From Candidatus Cloacimonadales bacterium (lineage in GTDB: Bacteria > Cloacimonadota > Cloacimonadia > Cloacimonadales > JAIOQZ01), in NCBI GenBank assembly GCA_963665815.1, contig OY762463.1:512001-576000 (forward strand): a stretch of DNA of 64,000 nt. Reading direction: 5' to 3'. A program made the translations under genes and the position numbers. The notes under the pieces were generated by a model. That model was not told the origin of the DNA. It worked only from the letters and a program-made list of their open reading frames with translations, and searched no databases. Every line of letters starts with the position of its first letter. The stretch's first letter is position 1. Shown piece after piece: positions 1 through 10,033 of the stretch.

Positions 1-1510
1 TTGCACAAATAGGTATATGACTAATCTGTTCATCATTATTTTTTTGATTATTCATAATGATTTCCATCATCGCTTTTTGCCTGGTTATGTCCCTTATTTC
101 AAGAAATCCGGCATTTCTCTTATTGAATATTACAGATTGTGCGTATACCTCAACAACAAGTTCTTTACCATTCTTCAGGGTAACAGTAGATTCATATCTG
201 GTTCCGTCGGATATAATCATATTACCATTAAGCAATTGAGAAACAAGTAACATTACTCTGCCAGGATTATTATCAAAATTTAATTCTTTTTCAGAATATC
301 CAAGCAGATTTCTAAAAGCAGTATTCGTGAAAGTGAAAAAATTATCCTGAATAATTACAATTGATGAAGATGAGTTTTCTATAAGCATACGATATTTTGC
401 TTCGCTTTCTTTAAGTATTGACTCTGCTATTTTCCTGTCAGTAATATCTTTTGCCGATGCCAGTAAATATCTTCTACCATTGAGATTAATGATTTCAGCG
501 GAAATAAGCGCATAAACCTCTTTATCTGAATGTGTTTTGAGTTTGATTTCAAAGTCTTCAATATAGCCTTTTTCCTTTATCATCTTAGTGATAAGATTTC
601 GATCAACCTCATTTTCAAAAATACCCAAACCAATGGATGTACGCCCAATCACATCTTCTCTCTCAAGATCAAGAAATTTGAGAAATTTCTTATTCACTTC
701 AACAAACTGTCCTGATTCAATATCACTTATAGACATACCTGATGTATTAGAATGGAAAGCTTTATTGAATTTTTCCTCTGATGACTTTAAACTTGTTATA
801 TCTGTATGGGTTCCAATCATCCTTAAAGGTTTATTCTTATCGGTAAAAGAAACTATTTTCCCTCGATCAAGAATCCACTTATATCGTCCGTCCTTGCATA
901 AAACCCGGTGTTCATTTTCGTAAATTTTTGATTTCCCGTCAAAATGTTTGTTAATATCCTTGAACACATTATCAAGATCATCAGGATGTACGCGTTTCTC
1001 CCATTCTTCAAGGCTTCCTGATATTTCATGATCTTCAAATCCTAACATTCTCTTCCATTGTTTTGAAAAAAACACTTCGTTTGTAGAGATATTCCAATCC
1101 CATAAACCTAATTCACTTCCATCAACAGCAAACTGCCATCGTAACTCACTTTCTTTAAGACTTTTCTGAGTAGCTAATAGTTTTTTGCGTTCAGATTCCA
1201 ATTTTGTGACTTCATCAGCTTCATATAGGTATACTTCAGTGATCTCATCCCACATAAAAGGTGATATCTTAAATCTGAATATCCTTTTGTTTTTTTTGTC
1301 ATGAAAATCCCATGATCTAACAATAGGTAATTGCTCTTGAAGATTTTCTGAGATGAATTCAGGGCATATTTCGAGTACTTCTGAAGTTTTGCTGTTTTTG
1401 AAACAAACTATCCCTGTTACGGGATCTGCAATAAATGCACTGATACTTAGAGTATTCAGAATATTCTTGAATGTAGATATATTGATTGAACTCATTTTAC
1501 TGTGAATCAT
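1..1510 (-). CDS. Multi-PAS domain sensor protein (kinase or cyclase output lies beyond the window edge; partial)
   Basis: Manual minus-strand translation from ATG 1510 (MIHSKMSSIN...) gives ESELRWQFAVDGSELGLWDWNISTNEVFFSKQWKRMLGFEDHEI...EWEKRVHPDDL, a typical PAS_3 pattern. Absent from the ORF track, consistent with the frame running off the window start. Confidence 0.85.
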   Translation of the reverse strand, partial: MIHSKMSSINISTFKNILNTLSISAFIADPVTGIVCFKNSKTSEVLEICPEFISENLQEQLPIVRSWDFHDKKNKRIFRFKISPFMWDEITEVYLYEADEVTKLESERKKLLATQKSLKESELRWQFAVDGSELGLWDWNISTNEVFFSKQWKRMLGFEDHEISGSLEEWEKRVHPDDLDNVFKDINKHFDGKSKIYENEHRVLCKDGRYKWILDRGKIVSFTDKNKPLRMIGTHTDITSLKSSEEKFNKAFHSNTSGMSISDIESGQFVEVNKKFLKFLDLEREDVIGRTSIGLGIFENEVDRNLITKMIKEKGYIEDFEIKLKTHSDKEVYALISAEIINLNGRRYLLASAKDITDRKIAESILKESEAKYRMLIENSSSSIVIIQDNFFTFTNTAFRNLLGYSEKELNFDNNPGRVMLLVSQLLNGNMIISDGTRYESTVTLKNGKELVVEVYAQSVIFNKRNAGFLEIRDITRQKAMMEIIMNNQKNNDEQISHIPICA

Positions 1511-1738
1511 TTCATCTTCTTCCTGTCTTAGGTATTGGTGGTCATAAGAAAATATATGCTAGAATGTCTGGAATACAAAAAATAAAGTATCACTTTGTTT
1601 TGTTAAGTTAACTCCTTCTTGATAATAAATTTCATTTAAAGTAGAAACCTGATAAATTTGGATATCAATCACAAATAAGTTGCAAAACACTGAATCTAAT
1701 TTTTTGCAAATTGGCAGATTAAAGTAAAATTAGTAAAA

Positions 1739-1769
1739 ATCCCGATTCGCTATGTAGAGAATCGGGATT
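1739..1769 (-). terminator. Rho-independent terminator of the beta-helix gene
   Basis: ATCCCGATTC/GAATCGGGAT inverted repeat preceded by an A-run on + (U-tail on -), about 20 bp past the stop codon. Confidence 0.7.
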
Positions 1770-1788
1770 AAACATTAAATAACTTTTT

Positions 1789-3507
1789 CTATTTGAGTAG
1801 CAGCATTTTACTTGTCTCAGAATGTTTCTCAGTCTTTAACTTATAGAAGTATACTCCACTGGAAACATCGTTGTTATTTGAGTCTTTACCATTCCAAACT
1901 ATTGAGTGTTCTCCTTGATTAATATAATCATTAACAAGTGTTCTCACTTTTTGTCCCTTCAAATTGTATATAGACAATTCTGCACGACCTTCTTCAGCGA
2001 TTGAGAATTTTATCTCAGTCTGAGGATTGAATGGATTAGGGTAATTACTCAAAGATATGATGTCATAAGCATAGCTTTCATTATTACTTACATTTACCTG
2101 ATTTTCAATTGCTCCCATGTCGATTTCCGTTCCGAAAATTCTTGGATTACCAAGAAAGTCAAATTCAGTAAGAGTTACAATAGTTGTATCACTGATTCCT
2201 GTATCAATACAGGGTGAACTTGATTGAAGAGAGAAATCAAAGTTAGCTTCATCTGTGAACATAGGGTTTACTTCAATATTATTTTGTCCATAGTTGTAGG
2301 TTGGATCTCCCATACTTGATTCACTTATAGATGAAACACCGTATTCTACGTTACAGTAATCAATATCAACATTACCGTCAATCATGAAGAATTGGTTCTG
2401 TCTGTTTCCATAGAAAATACAGTTATAGAACTTGTCAGATCCACTGTAGCGCCCCAGCATAACTCTTCCATTTGTTGCAGAATTCTCATACATCACGCAG
2501 TTTATAAATGAACTATATGCATATCCTGATCCAAAATAAACTCCTCCGTAACGAGCTCCGTTGTTATAGAAGACGCAGTTGTTAAAACAAGGTGAAGAAC
2601 TGTATACTGTAACTGCTCCTCCCGAATCATTGCCTCTGTTTTGAGTGAACACGCAATTCTCAATCAGTCCATTAGAATTATACCATATTAATAATCCACC
2701 ACCATCATCACCAGCTTCATTATCATGAAATAAGACATTCTTAAGATGATATGTTATGTCTCTGGAAAATCCAAGTCCTCCACCTCTAACTTCCGCCTCA
2801 TTACCGCTGATTTCGCAATCATACATTTCAAGATGACAGTATCTTGCATGGATTCCACCAGAGAAACTGCTTCGATTGTTCTTTATCTCTGAGTTAGTTA
2901 TAGTGATTGAGGAAGAATGCATCAAGATTCCACCTCCGGTTCTTATTGTATGATTCGGAGTTCCATAAAGCCTGTTATGCTTTACAACACAATGATCCAG
3001 GTTACTTGTTGAGTTCTTAAAGAATATTCCTCCACCTTTACCAAATGATGTGTCTACACCAGCGTAGTTATACTCAATACTGCAGTATGAAATCGTTGGT
3101 GACGCATCAACGCAGAGAATTCCTCCTCCATAATTATACTCGAATCCAGGATTCTCAAAATCTCCCCAGGTTCCATTACCATTTGTTATTGTAAATCCAA
3201 TGATTTTTGTGCTGTCTGATTCCTGAGAATTGAAAGTAACAACAGATGTGCTGTCTCTACCATCAATAATTGTCTGACTAATGTATGAAGTATCACTTGC
3301 CGTAATAAACTCTGAGGTCAGAACAATATTTTTACCCATCAGGTTAATATTCTCATAATATGTACCCGGAGATACTATTATTGTGTCCGGCTCTACAGCC
3401 GCGTTAATTGCACTCTGAATAGACAGGAAATCTGCAGGAACATATATTACAGCTGAAGCCCCGCAAGCAATAATCAATATTAATAGAAAACTAATTTTTT
3501 TTAACAT
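1789..3507 (-). CDS. Secreted right-handed parallel beta-helix protein with choice-of-anchor-Q-like motif and FlgD-Ig/T9SS-like C-terminal domain
   Basis: Signal peptide MLKKISFLLILIIACGASA after a GGAG-type RBS; VPADFLSIQSAINAA; repeated GGG/N-x-A motifs; FSLQSSSPCIDTG...IDMGAIE; C-terminal NYPNPFNPQTEI...WNGKD...SGVYFYKL. Confidence 0.88.
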   Translation of the reverse strand: MLKKISFLLILIIACGASAVIYVPADFLSIQSAINAAVEPDTIIVSPGTYYENINLMGKNIVLTSEFITASDTSYISQTIIDGRDSTSVVTFNSQESDSTKIIGFTITNGNGTWGDFENPGFEYNYGGGILCVDASPTISYCSIEYNYAGVDTSFGKGGGIFFKNSTSNLDHCVVKHNRLYGTPNHTIRTGGGILMHSSSITITNSEIKNNRSSFSGGIHARYCHLEMYDCEISGNEAEVRGGGLGFSRDITYHLKNVLFHDNEAGDDGGGLLIWYNSNGLIENCVFTQNRGNDSGGAVTVYSSSPCFNNCVFYNNGARYGGVYFGSGYAYSSFINCVMYENSATNGRVMLGRYSGSDKFYNCIFYGNRQNQFFMIDGNVDIDYCNVEYGVSSISESSMGDPTYNYGQNNIEVNPMFTDEANFDFSLQSSSPCIDTGISDTTIVTLTEFDFLGNPRIFGTEIDMGAIENQVNVSNNESYAYDIISLSNYPNPFNPQTEIKFSIAEEGRAELSIYNLKGQKVRTLVNDYINQGEHSIVWNGKDSNNNDVSSGVYFYKLKTEKHSETSKMLLLK

Positions 3508-3625
3508 ACTCTTTCTCCCTAATATACTAAATTGACCAGTACTCATTTAGTCAACTTTTTATTTTATTGTGATATAATTATCTATTTAAATGTTTTATTG
3601 TATGAATTAATTTTCATGTAAAACA

Positions 3626-3651
3626 AAACCCCGCTTTTTCGAAACGGGGTT
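3626..3651 (-). terminator. Rho-independent terminator
   Basis: AACCCCG...CGGGGTT hairpin with an adjacent A-run, downstream of the 3677 stop. Confidence 0.65.
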
Positions 3652-3676
3652 AATGTATGATTGAGAGATGTGCTTT

Positions 3677-6130
3677 CTATTTAAGCAGCAGCATTTTACT
3701 TGTCTCAGAATGTTTATCAGTCTTTAGTTTATAGAAGTATACTCCACTGGAAACATCTTTGTTATTTAAGTCTTTACCATTCCAAACTATTGAGTGTTCT
3801 CCTTGATTAATATAATCATTAACAAGTGTTCTCACTTTTTGTCCCTTCAAATTGTATATCGACAATTCTGCACGACCTTCTTCAGCGATTGAGAATTTTA
3901 TCTCAGTCTGAGGATTGAATGGATTAGGGTAGTTTCCTATGATTTGAGTACAATAAGGTTCAATAAAGCCATCTGTGTTAGGAGTAATAATAGTATTGTT
4001 CAGTATTTCGAGGATTTCCCCGGATGAGGTTGCAAATACTATATCAATAGAATTATTGTTGTCAATATCACCTGCTGTTAATGCTGTTATTAAATTGTTT
4101 TGCGCAAGTACATTATTAGACCAGTTCGTCATTGAACCGTTATTCTCCAGAACTCCAATAACATTCATAGGTTGACTTGAGTTAAGATAAGCGAAATCAA
4201 GGTCTCCATCGTCATCAACATCAATTATTTCACCGTAATCATAGTAGTCAAGATATCCGATTACTTGTGGAGTAGATGAGAACTGTCCAAAATTTATCGT
4301 ACCTGTATATACTGAAATGGAATTATCCTGATAATGTGGAGGGACGATAATATCCAGGAAACCATCATTATTCATGTCGCAGCATTTGAAAATATTAACT
4401 CCATCTTCATTAAAAACCAGATCGGAAAGTCCAAAAGACATATTTCCGTTGTTATAACTAACTCTGATGTATCCATTGGGTACAGAATAAAGCATATCCG
4501 GTAGATTATCATTATTTACATCAACAAGCTCGAGATGATTGAAATCTTCCTGACTAACAATTATGCCGTTACTGAAAGTTCCCTGTGAGTTCTCGTATAT
4601 AGTTATGTGATCACCATCATTCCTGTTGCAAGCATATACAATGTCGAGATCTCCATCATTGTCCATATCTTTGAAACAGCAACTCGAGTTCCCATACAAA
4701 TAATCAGTTGAGTTTAACACAGTTTTCTGTCCATTCTGATAATAACATAACTGTTCTATTCGTGAATATCTTGAATAAAGGTCATCTATGACTACATAAT
4801 CTAAATCTCCGTTAAAATCGATATCTGCACAGTCATAGTTGTGAATATTATTCATGTCTGTTTCAGGAACTGTCGTTGGAAGAAATACATTGTTATCTAC
4901 TTCGATTTCACTGATAAAAGCCCAGCTAGAGTAAGTAATAAAGGGACTTCCTCCGGCTTCAGCAACTTTCATGTTTCTAATAGATTTATATGATTCCAGA
5001 CTTCTATTGTCAAGATTGAAAACACCTGCATTGTTCTGATAGACAAGATAGCAGCCTGCATCAAGTTCACAGTTGATTTCCGGATAGCCATCATAGTTAT
5101 AGTCAGCAATGAAAAAGTACATTCCGGATGTTTCAAGGGAATAAGCTTGAGAGTATCCACCAGTTCCTGCATAATAAACGTCAAGTTCATTGAAATCATG
5201 TTTTACACAGAAATCATCAATACTATCGTTGTTCAAATCTGCAACTGTAATGCATCTCGCATCAAGAACAGAGTCAGCAAGAACTACAGAATTGCTGAAG
5301 CTCTGGTTAACATCATTCTCGTAAATTACAAGCTGTTCCTGACTGGAATCATAATGAAGAATATCCTTCAAACCGTCATTGTTATTGTCTACTAATGCAT
5401 ACTGATCCTGATAATCAAACATGGCAATATCGTGATTAGTTATGAAAGTATTTGCCGAAGAATCAAACTCCAGCCATTTCAATGGTGAATTATATTGAGA
5501 AACACCAACAATATCCATATCACCATCGTTATCCATATCAGCAATAATATTATAATTATTATGCAATTGATCTTTACGTTGATTGTACACTGAATTGTTA
5601 AGATTTACTATAGCGAAAGTGTCTGTAAGTGTTGCTCTGGAAAGGTATTTTCCCATATTATAGTTACCCAGATAGATGTCTTTAAATCCGTCGTTGTTGA
5701 AATCATAGTAAAGAGTAGTTTCGCATTTATCAAAACCTATATACACCGGTGATTCCATTGTGAAGTTTCCTGCCCCGTCATTTGTGAATATGTATAGGTT
5801 TTCTTCTACAAGAACAGTTACAACGATGTCATTGTATCCATCATTATTCATATCGGTAAACTCAATTGATTCCAGCCAATATGAGAAACTTCCCAGATTG
5901 TGCATCTGATAGTAAGACCCATCTCCGTTTGTGTCCTCTTGCCACACAAGATCATTTTGATTATTCTCAATATAATCCATGTCTCCATCATAGTCAATGT
6001 CTGCAATAGTGCATTTTCCTATGTTCGTTAATCTGTTTTGTCTAAGCATTGATTGAGATGGTGAATAATCAACTGCCCCAACATGACTTGATAATAAAAA
6101 AAGAAATAGTGTAAAATGAAAATATCTCAT
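3677..6130 (-). CDS. Secreted FG-GAP/VCBS-repeat beta-propeller protein with FlgD-Ig/T9SS-like C-terminal domain
   Basis: Signal peptide; many DxDxDGDxD repeats; same C-terminal NYPNPFNP domain; AGGAGG RBS. Confidence 0.9.
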   Translation of the reverse strand: MRYFHFTLFLFLLSSHVGAVDYSPSQSMLRQNRLTNIGKCTIADIDYDGDMDYIENNQNDLVWQEDTNGDGSYYQMHNLGSFSYWLESIEFTDMNNDGYNDIVVTVLVEENLYIFTNDGAGNFTMESPVYIGFDKCETTLYYDFNNDGFKDIYLGNYNMGKYLSRATLTDTFAIVNLNNSVYNQRKDQLHNNYNIIADMDNDGDMDIVGVSQYNSPLKWLEFDSSANTFITNHDIAMFDYQDQYALVDNNNDGLKDILHYDSSQEQLVIYENDVNQSFSNSVVLADSVLDARCITVADLNNDSIDDFCVKHDFNELDVYYAGTGGYSQAYSLETSGMYFFIADYNYDGYPEINCELDAGCYLVYQNNAGVFNLDNRSLESYKSIRNMKVAEAGGSPFITYSSWAFISEIEVDNNVFLPTTVPETDMNNIHNYDCADIDFNGDLDYVVIDDLYSRYSRIEQLCYYQNGQKTVLNSTDYLYGNSSCCFKDMDNDGDLDIVYACNRNDGDHITIYENSQGTFSNGIIVSQEDFNHLELVDVNNDNLPDMLYSVPNGYIRVSYNNGNMSFGLSDLVFNEDGVNIFKCCDMNNDGFLDIIVPPHYQDNSISVYTGTINFGQFSSTPQVIGYLDYYDYGEIIDVDDDGDLDFAYLNSSQPMNVIGVLENNGSMTNWSNNVLAQNNLITALTAGDIDNNNSIDIVFATSSGEILEILNNTIITPNTDGFIEPYCTQIIGNYPNPFNPQTEIKFSIAEEGRAELSIYNLKGQKVRTLVNDYINQGEHSIVWNGKDLNNKDVSSGVYFYKLKTDKHSETSKMLLLK

Positions 6131-6553
6131 ATTTCCTCCTTAAATTAAAATAAATCCGTAAATAAAAAAAAAGTAAAGATAATTCTTCCGGAATTCAGTA
6201 AAAAAGTAGATACTGCAAAATGCATTTCTTGTAAAATCCCAAACTGCAAAATATCTTAATGTACACATTTGCTATCATAGCAAATTAAGTTCCAATGTGG
6301 AATATTATCCATATTACATTGAAGATTCAATATTGGAAATATTTGTAAAATCATAAAATCAATAAATTCAGGAGAATTAATATGGTAAAACTTTTTTCGA
6401 TGCAACATAAAACATCAGGAACATTTATAGTATTGATGATTACTATTGTATATGATATTGTCAATATACATAGACGTATGTGTTTGGTCAAGAAGATGAC
6501 TTATTAATTCAACAAAGAAACTATTTTGTTCTTCAAAAATTATTTTTTTGGGT

Positions 6554-7719
6554 GCGTTCAAATAACTGGGTCTGAAGGAGACCCTAATTAGTTTTGACAA
6601 AAAGAGTTACATTAGATTATTCGCATGTCATGCGGATAAAGAAAAAAAACGATGTCCTCTTTGTGAAAGTTTGAACACAAAAAAGAAAGGTTTTACAACT
6701 AGGATTATTAGTACAATGCGAGGTAAAACACATAGTAAACTGCAACGATACTATTGTAACGATTGTCAGCATAGTTTTACATCTCAAGGTTATAATAAAC
6801 GGAAATCATTTTCCAGCGATCTTAAAGAGAAAGTGATACTTGATTACGTATTAACAAAAAGTTCTCTTTCTGAGACAGGGCAAAGATACAACGTTAGTAA
6901 AAGTAGTATATGCAATTGGATCATAGAGAACAGTGCTAAATTTTCATCAATAAACAAGTTGCCTATGTATCAGAAAACAAGTGGATACATTCAGTTTGAC
7001 GGTAAATTTCCAACAATTGCGGGAACTGCCTATTGCTTGCTGCATGCATCTGATGCACACACAAATGAACCAATATGTTATGGACTCTATCGCCGGGAAG
7101 ATACTGAAGCAACTAATACTTTTCTCAAAATGTTAAAAAGAATCTATCCATCCGAAATTAAGGGAATTATCAGTGACTTTGGTAAAGGAAGGTGCTTCAT
7201 TAAGCCAATAGAACAGTTATTCCCTGAAGCCTTGCACCAGATATGCATTGTACACTATCTAAGGTATGTAAGTATGTTCTTACCCAGAACCAAACGCAGT
7301 CAATATTTCATAAGAAATCGATTTATGAAAGGACTTATACGCAATATGTTAAGAGCACCGGACAGAAGTGAATCGGAATTTTGGTATCTACTATTTAATC
7401 ACTTCATACCTTTCTTCAAAGCAGATTATCATAAGCGATTTATTCGTTCCATAACAAAACATTATAGTAAATTAACTGCATTCTATGAAGATGAAATGTT
7501 AATATCAAATACCAATATGATTGAAAATAGAAACAGACAACTTGAAAGAAAACTGAAAAACATAGATGGCTTTGGTGCAATTAACAATGCAAAAAAGTTC
7601 TTGCAAATATGGTTTCACTTTCAGAAAATGAAATACAAATAAAAATCAGAATAACTTCAACAATAATTTTGAAACTATTCTGATTTGAAAATAATTATTA
7701 GACCCAGTTATTTGGACGC
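6554..7719 (+). mobile_element. Insertion sequence, IS256-like with N-terminal zinc ribbon
   Basis: Terminal inverted repeats GCGTTCAAATAACTGGGTCT (6554-6573) and AGACCCAGTTATTTGGACGC (7700-7719), 19/20 match, flank a transposase ORF. No target-site duplication seen. Confidence 0.85.
6630..7642 (+). CDS. Transposase (IS256/Mutator-like DDE with CxxC...CxxC ribbon and HTH); start uncertain, may need a -1 frameshift at A8C
   Basis: Frame open upstream of 6671 reads RCPLCES...RYYCNDC; motifs FDG, ISD, HQICIVH, NTNMIENRN. The nearest usable ATG (6630) is one frame off. Confidence 0.8.
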
Positions 7720-7722
7720 TGC

Positions 7723-7978
7723 TGATAAAACAGAAATTGATACGTTTGAATCATCTGCTACAGGTGTTCCAGATTTAGTCGTGGGTAGCTTAAGATATTC
7801 TACACATGAAAAATGGCACAGGGCTCAAAAATTGTTTGGAATTCCTGAAAGCTTTCAAAGTGAGTGGAGTTCACTTGAATTTAAGGAAAAATTAAGATAC
7901 AGTAATGATATCAATGAATATGATTGCATACAAAATATGAACAAATTCTTTGGTGGAACGGAAAGGGAATATCATTAA
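7723..7978 (+). pseudogene. 3' remnant of a cassette ORF truncated by the IS
   Basis: Open frame starts at the IS right end (DKTEIDTFESS...EREYH*). It occupies the same position relative to a propeller gene as ORF 9998-11011. Read past the TAA, the frame continues to a second TAA at 8020 beside the next RBS. Confidence 0.55.
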
Positions 7979-8024
7979 GATTTCCTCTTACCGACCAAGC
8001 ATTCTGAAGAACAGGAGTAACAAT

Positions 8025-9665
8025 ATGCATTTTAAAAAAATAGCGATACTGACATTAATTCTTTTTACTCAGTTTGTTATTATTAAAGCTGAAGTAATAG
8101 ACACAATTAATATACCTGAGAGAATAAAAAATCATTCAAACAATATTGGTAGGAATGATGACATCATAGCTTTATTTGTCGAAAAATCAAACTCAGATAT
8201 GGAACATTTCGATGAGTTCAATCTTCTACTTAAAAATACAGATAGTAGGGGCAATGTTGTATTAGAAAAACAATACTCCTATTATTGTACTAAAAGCAGG
8301 TATAGCAGCAATTACGGAATACATGAAGCAACTTGCGATATTCAAGGTAACATTTATGTTTTTGGATATTTCACTGGAATTATTGAAATTTTCGGAGACC
8401 TGCTAAAGTCCGAACCTTGCAGGGTATCTTTGCAGTTTGATATTTTTGAGCGTGATAAAGTTACCACAAATACATTGAAGATTTACAATGGTTTTGTTGC
8501 AAAACTTGATAGTCTGGGAAATCCCTTGTGGGTCGTAAAAACAACCGGTCCAAAGCGTGATTACTGCTGGGATGATGACGGTAATTTATGCCTCTTAAAT
8601 GGATATAGATCCAGATGGACATATATGTCTGGACAAAGAGATGATGAAAAATATATTTCATCTGCATTGAAAATTAATAGTGATGGGAAAATAATCAGTT
8701 CATATTTTCCTGGTGATGTATCTTTCTTCAAGGAGTACTTTTATACATGGAGTAAATCAGGTAAGCTCTATATTATTGGACTTCAGGGAGCACCATCGAA
8801 ATATAATGAATTACTTCTGGCAACAAGAGTAAACACGGAATTACACTTTCAGAAGCTCAATATCTCTGCGATCAGGGGAAGTAAAATAATCACCTGTGCG
8901 TTCCTGGATAGTTCTGAGAATCCGGTTTTTACTCTTTACAGTAGGGATTTTTTTAGGTTGGGAGAGTATAGCAAAAAAGACACACTTATAATAAATGGGG
9001 AGAAAATATTTCAGGATAGCCCAATAACGTTCAAGTACAATATAAGATCTGATAGCCTTGATTTTGATTTGAATAAGAGCAATGGACGTAGAACCAGTGT
9101 GATTGAGAGAACAGGTAACTTTGTAATCAAGGAATCTATCTCGGATACTGTTAGAATATCATATAAAAATTTATCCAGTCCAATGTTTAGAATTTTTCAT
9201 AACGACTTTTGGCGTAAGAGAGAAAAAGGAAATGAAAGAGAGTTTTTGATCGAGGATATAGATAATAACGAAGTTGCTCGATTTAGAACTAAAGGATATT
9301 TTGAGGTACAATTCGTAAGACCATTGGATGAAGGATACCTGATATTAGGCCAGATGGGGAACACTTTAAGGATAAACGGACATATGGTTATCAAGAATGA
9401 ACAACAAAAGTCAAACTGGATTGAAATACTGGTAGATCGGGATAATAATATTTATCATTTAGCATTTATGGATTTCCGTCCGTCAATATATCCGGGATAC
9501 TTTAACAAATATTTAGAAGATATTTTCTTAAACAACAGTGATCATATTATTTATTATATGATAGAAAATGATAAGTCAGATAATGAAACTGACTCTAAAA
9601 AGGAAGTTCTTAATATATATAAGTATGGAATTCCCTCAAATCCTGAAGGAAATTTTATCAAATAG
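8025..9665 (+). CDS. Secreted beta-propeller-like protein (SBBP-type repeats), putative partner or immunity protein
   Basis: AGGAG RBS then ATG 8025; signal peptide MHFKKIAILTLILFTQFVIIKA; DIQGNIYVFGYF and FVAKLDSLGNPLWV motifs. Confidence 0.7.
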   Translation: MHFKKIAILTLILFTQFVIIKAEVIDTINIPERIKNHSNNIGRNDDIIALFVEKSNSDMEHFDEFNLLLKNTDSRGNVVLEKQYSYYCTKSRYSSNYGIHEATCDIQGNIYVFGYFTGIIEIFGDLLKSEPCRVSLQFDIFERDKVTTNTLKIYNGFVAKLDSLGNPLWVVKTTGPKRDYCWDDDGNLCLLNGYRSRWTYMSGQRDDEKYISSALKINSDGKIISSYFPGDVSFFKEYFYTWSKSGKLYIIGLQGAPSKYNELLLATRVNTELHFQKLNISAIRGSKIITCAFLDSSENPVFTLYSRDFFRLGEYSKKDTLIINGEKIFQDSPITFKYNIRSDSLDFDLNKSNGRRTSVIERTGNFVIKESISDTVRISYKNLSSPMFRIFHNDFWRKREKGNEREFLIEDIDNNEVARFRTKGYFEVQFVRPLDEGYLILGQMGNTLRINGHMVIKNEQQKSNWIEILVDRDNNIYHLAFMDFRPSIYPGYFNKYLEDIFLNNSDHIIYYMIENDKSDNETDSKKEVLNIYKYGIPSNPEGNFIK

Positions 9666-9669
9666 TTGA

Positions 9670-10033
9670 AAGCCTGCCTTGAGCAGGCTTTTCTTTTAAT
9701 CACATGTATTGCAAAGAAAGAATTGACTAAAAAAAGGCTATACTAAGGGTATTCATTGTAGTAGGTCATTGAAAAGAATAGGAAAGTTCGTTGTATAAGC
9801 AATATACAAAGTTCTTTAAATGTATCTCCTATGGTCTTCGAACTGACGTTCTACAAACCTGATGAAAGATTCTCGGGTATGCACCCTACGAACTTGTGGA
9901 GATGAGACTCTCGGACATATGTCCTACGAGCTCATAGCTTGACGGAGCTTTAGCAGCATCCGGATGGGATTTCGGGCAATTACTGAAGTATCACCAGATG
10001 AAAATTCAGGCAGAAGAAAGAATGAGATATCTG
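9670..10033 (+). repeat. ~360-bp cassette-junction repeat, copy 1 (terminator, spacer, two GTAG-REP-like palindromes, conserved coding stub)
   Basis: Highly similar to 12413-12776 (offset 2743). Starts with the AAGCCTGC...GCAGGCTTTT terminator. Contains GGGTATGCACCCTAC and GGACATATGTCCTAC. Confidence 0.93.

Larger units (their letters stand above)
1789..3934. repeat. Near-identical 258-bp C-terminal-domain repeat (1789-2046 and 3677-3934)
   Basis: Direct comparison gives about 9 mismatches in 258 bp; the upstream passenger domains are unrelated. Confidence 0.92.

Noticed and set aside
1789-3934. Diversity-generating retroelement TR/VR pair
   Set aside because: Mismatches are not adenine-specific, both copies are coding, and no reverse transcriptase is present.
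9862-9943. prfB-like +1 frameshift (GCT TGA C) supplying a start to the HExxH ORF
   Set aside because: The GCT codon cannot re-pair at CTT, no SD is suitably placed, and the upstream mini-ORF consists of REP-like palindromes.
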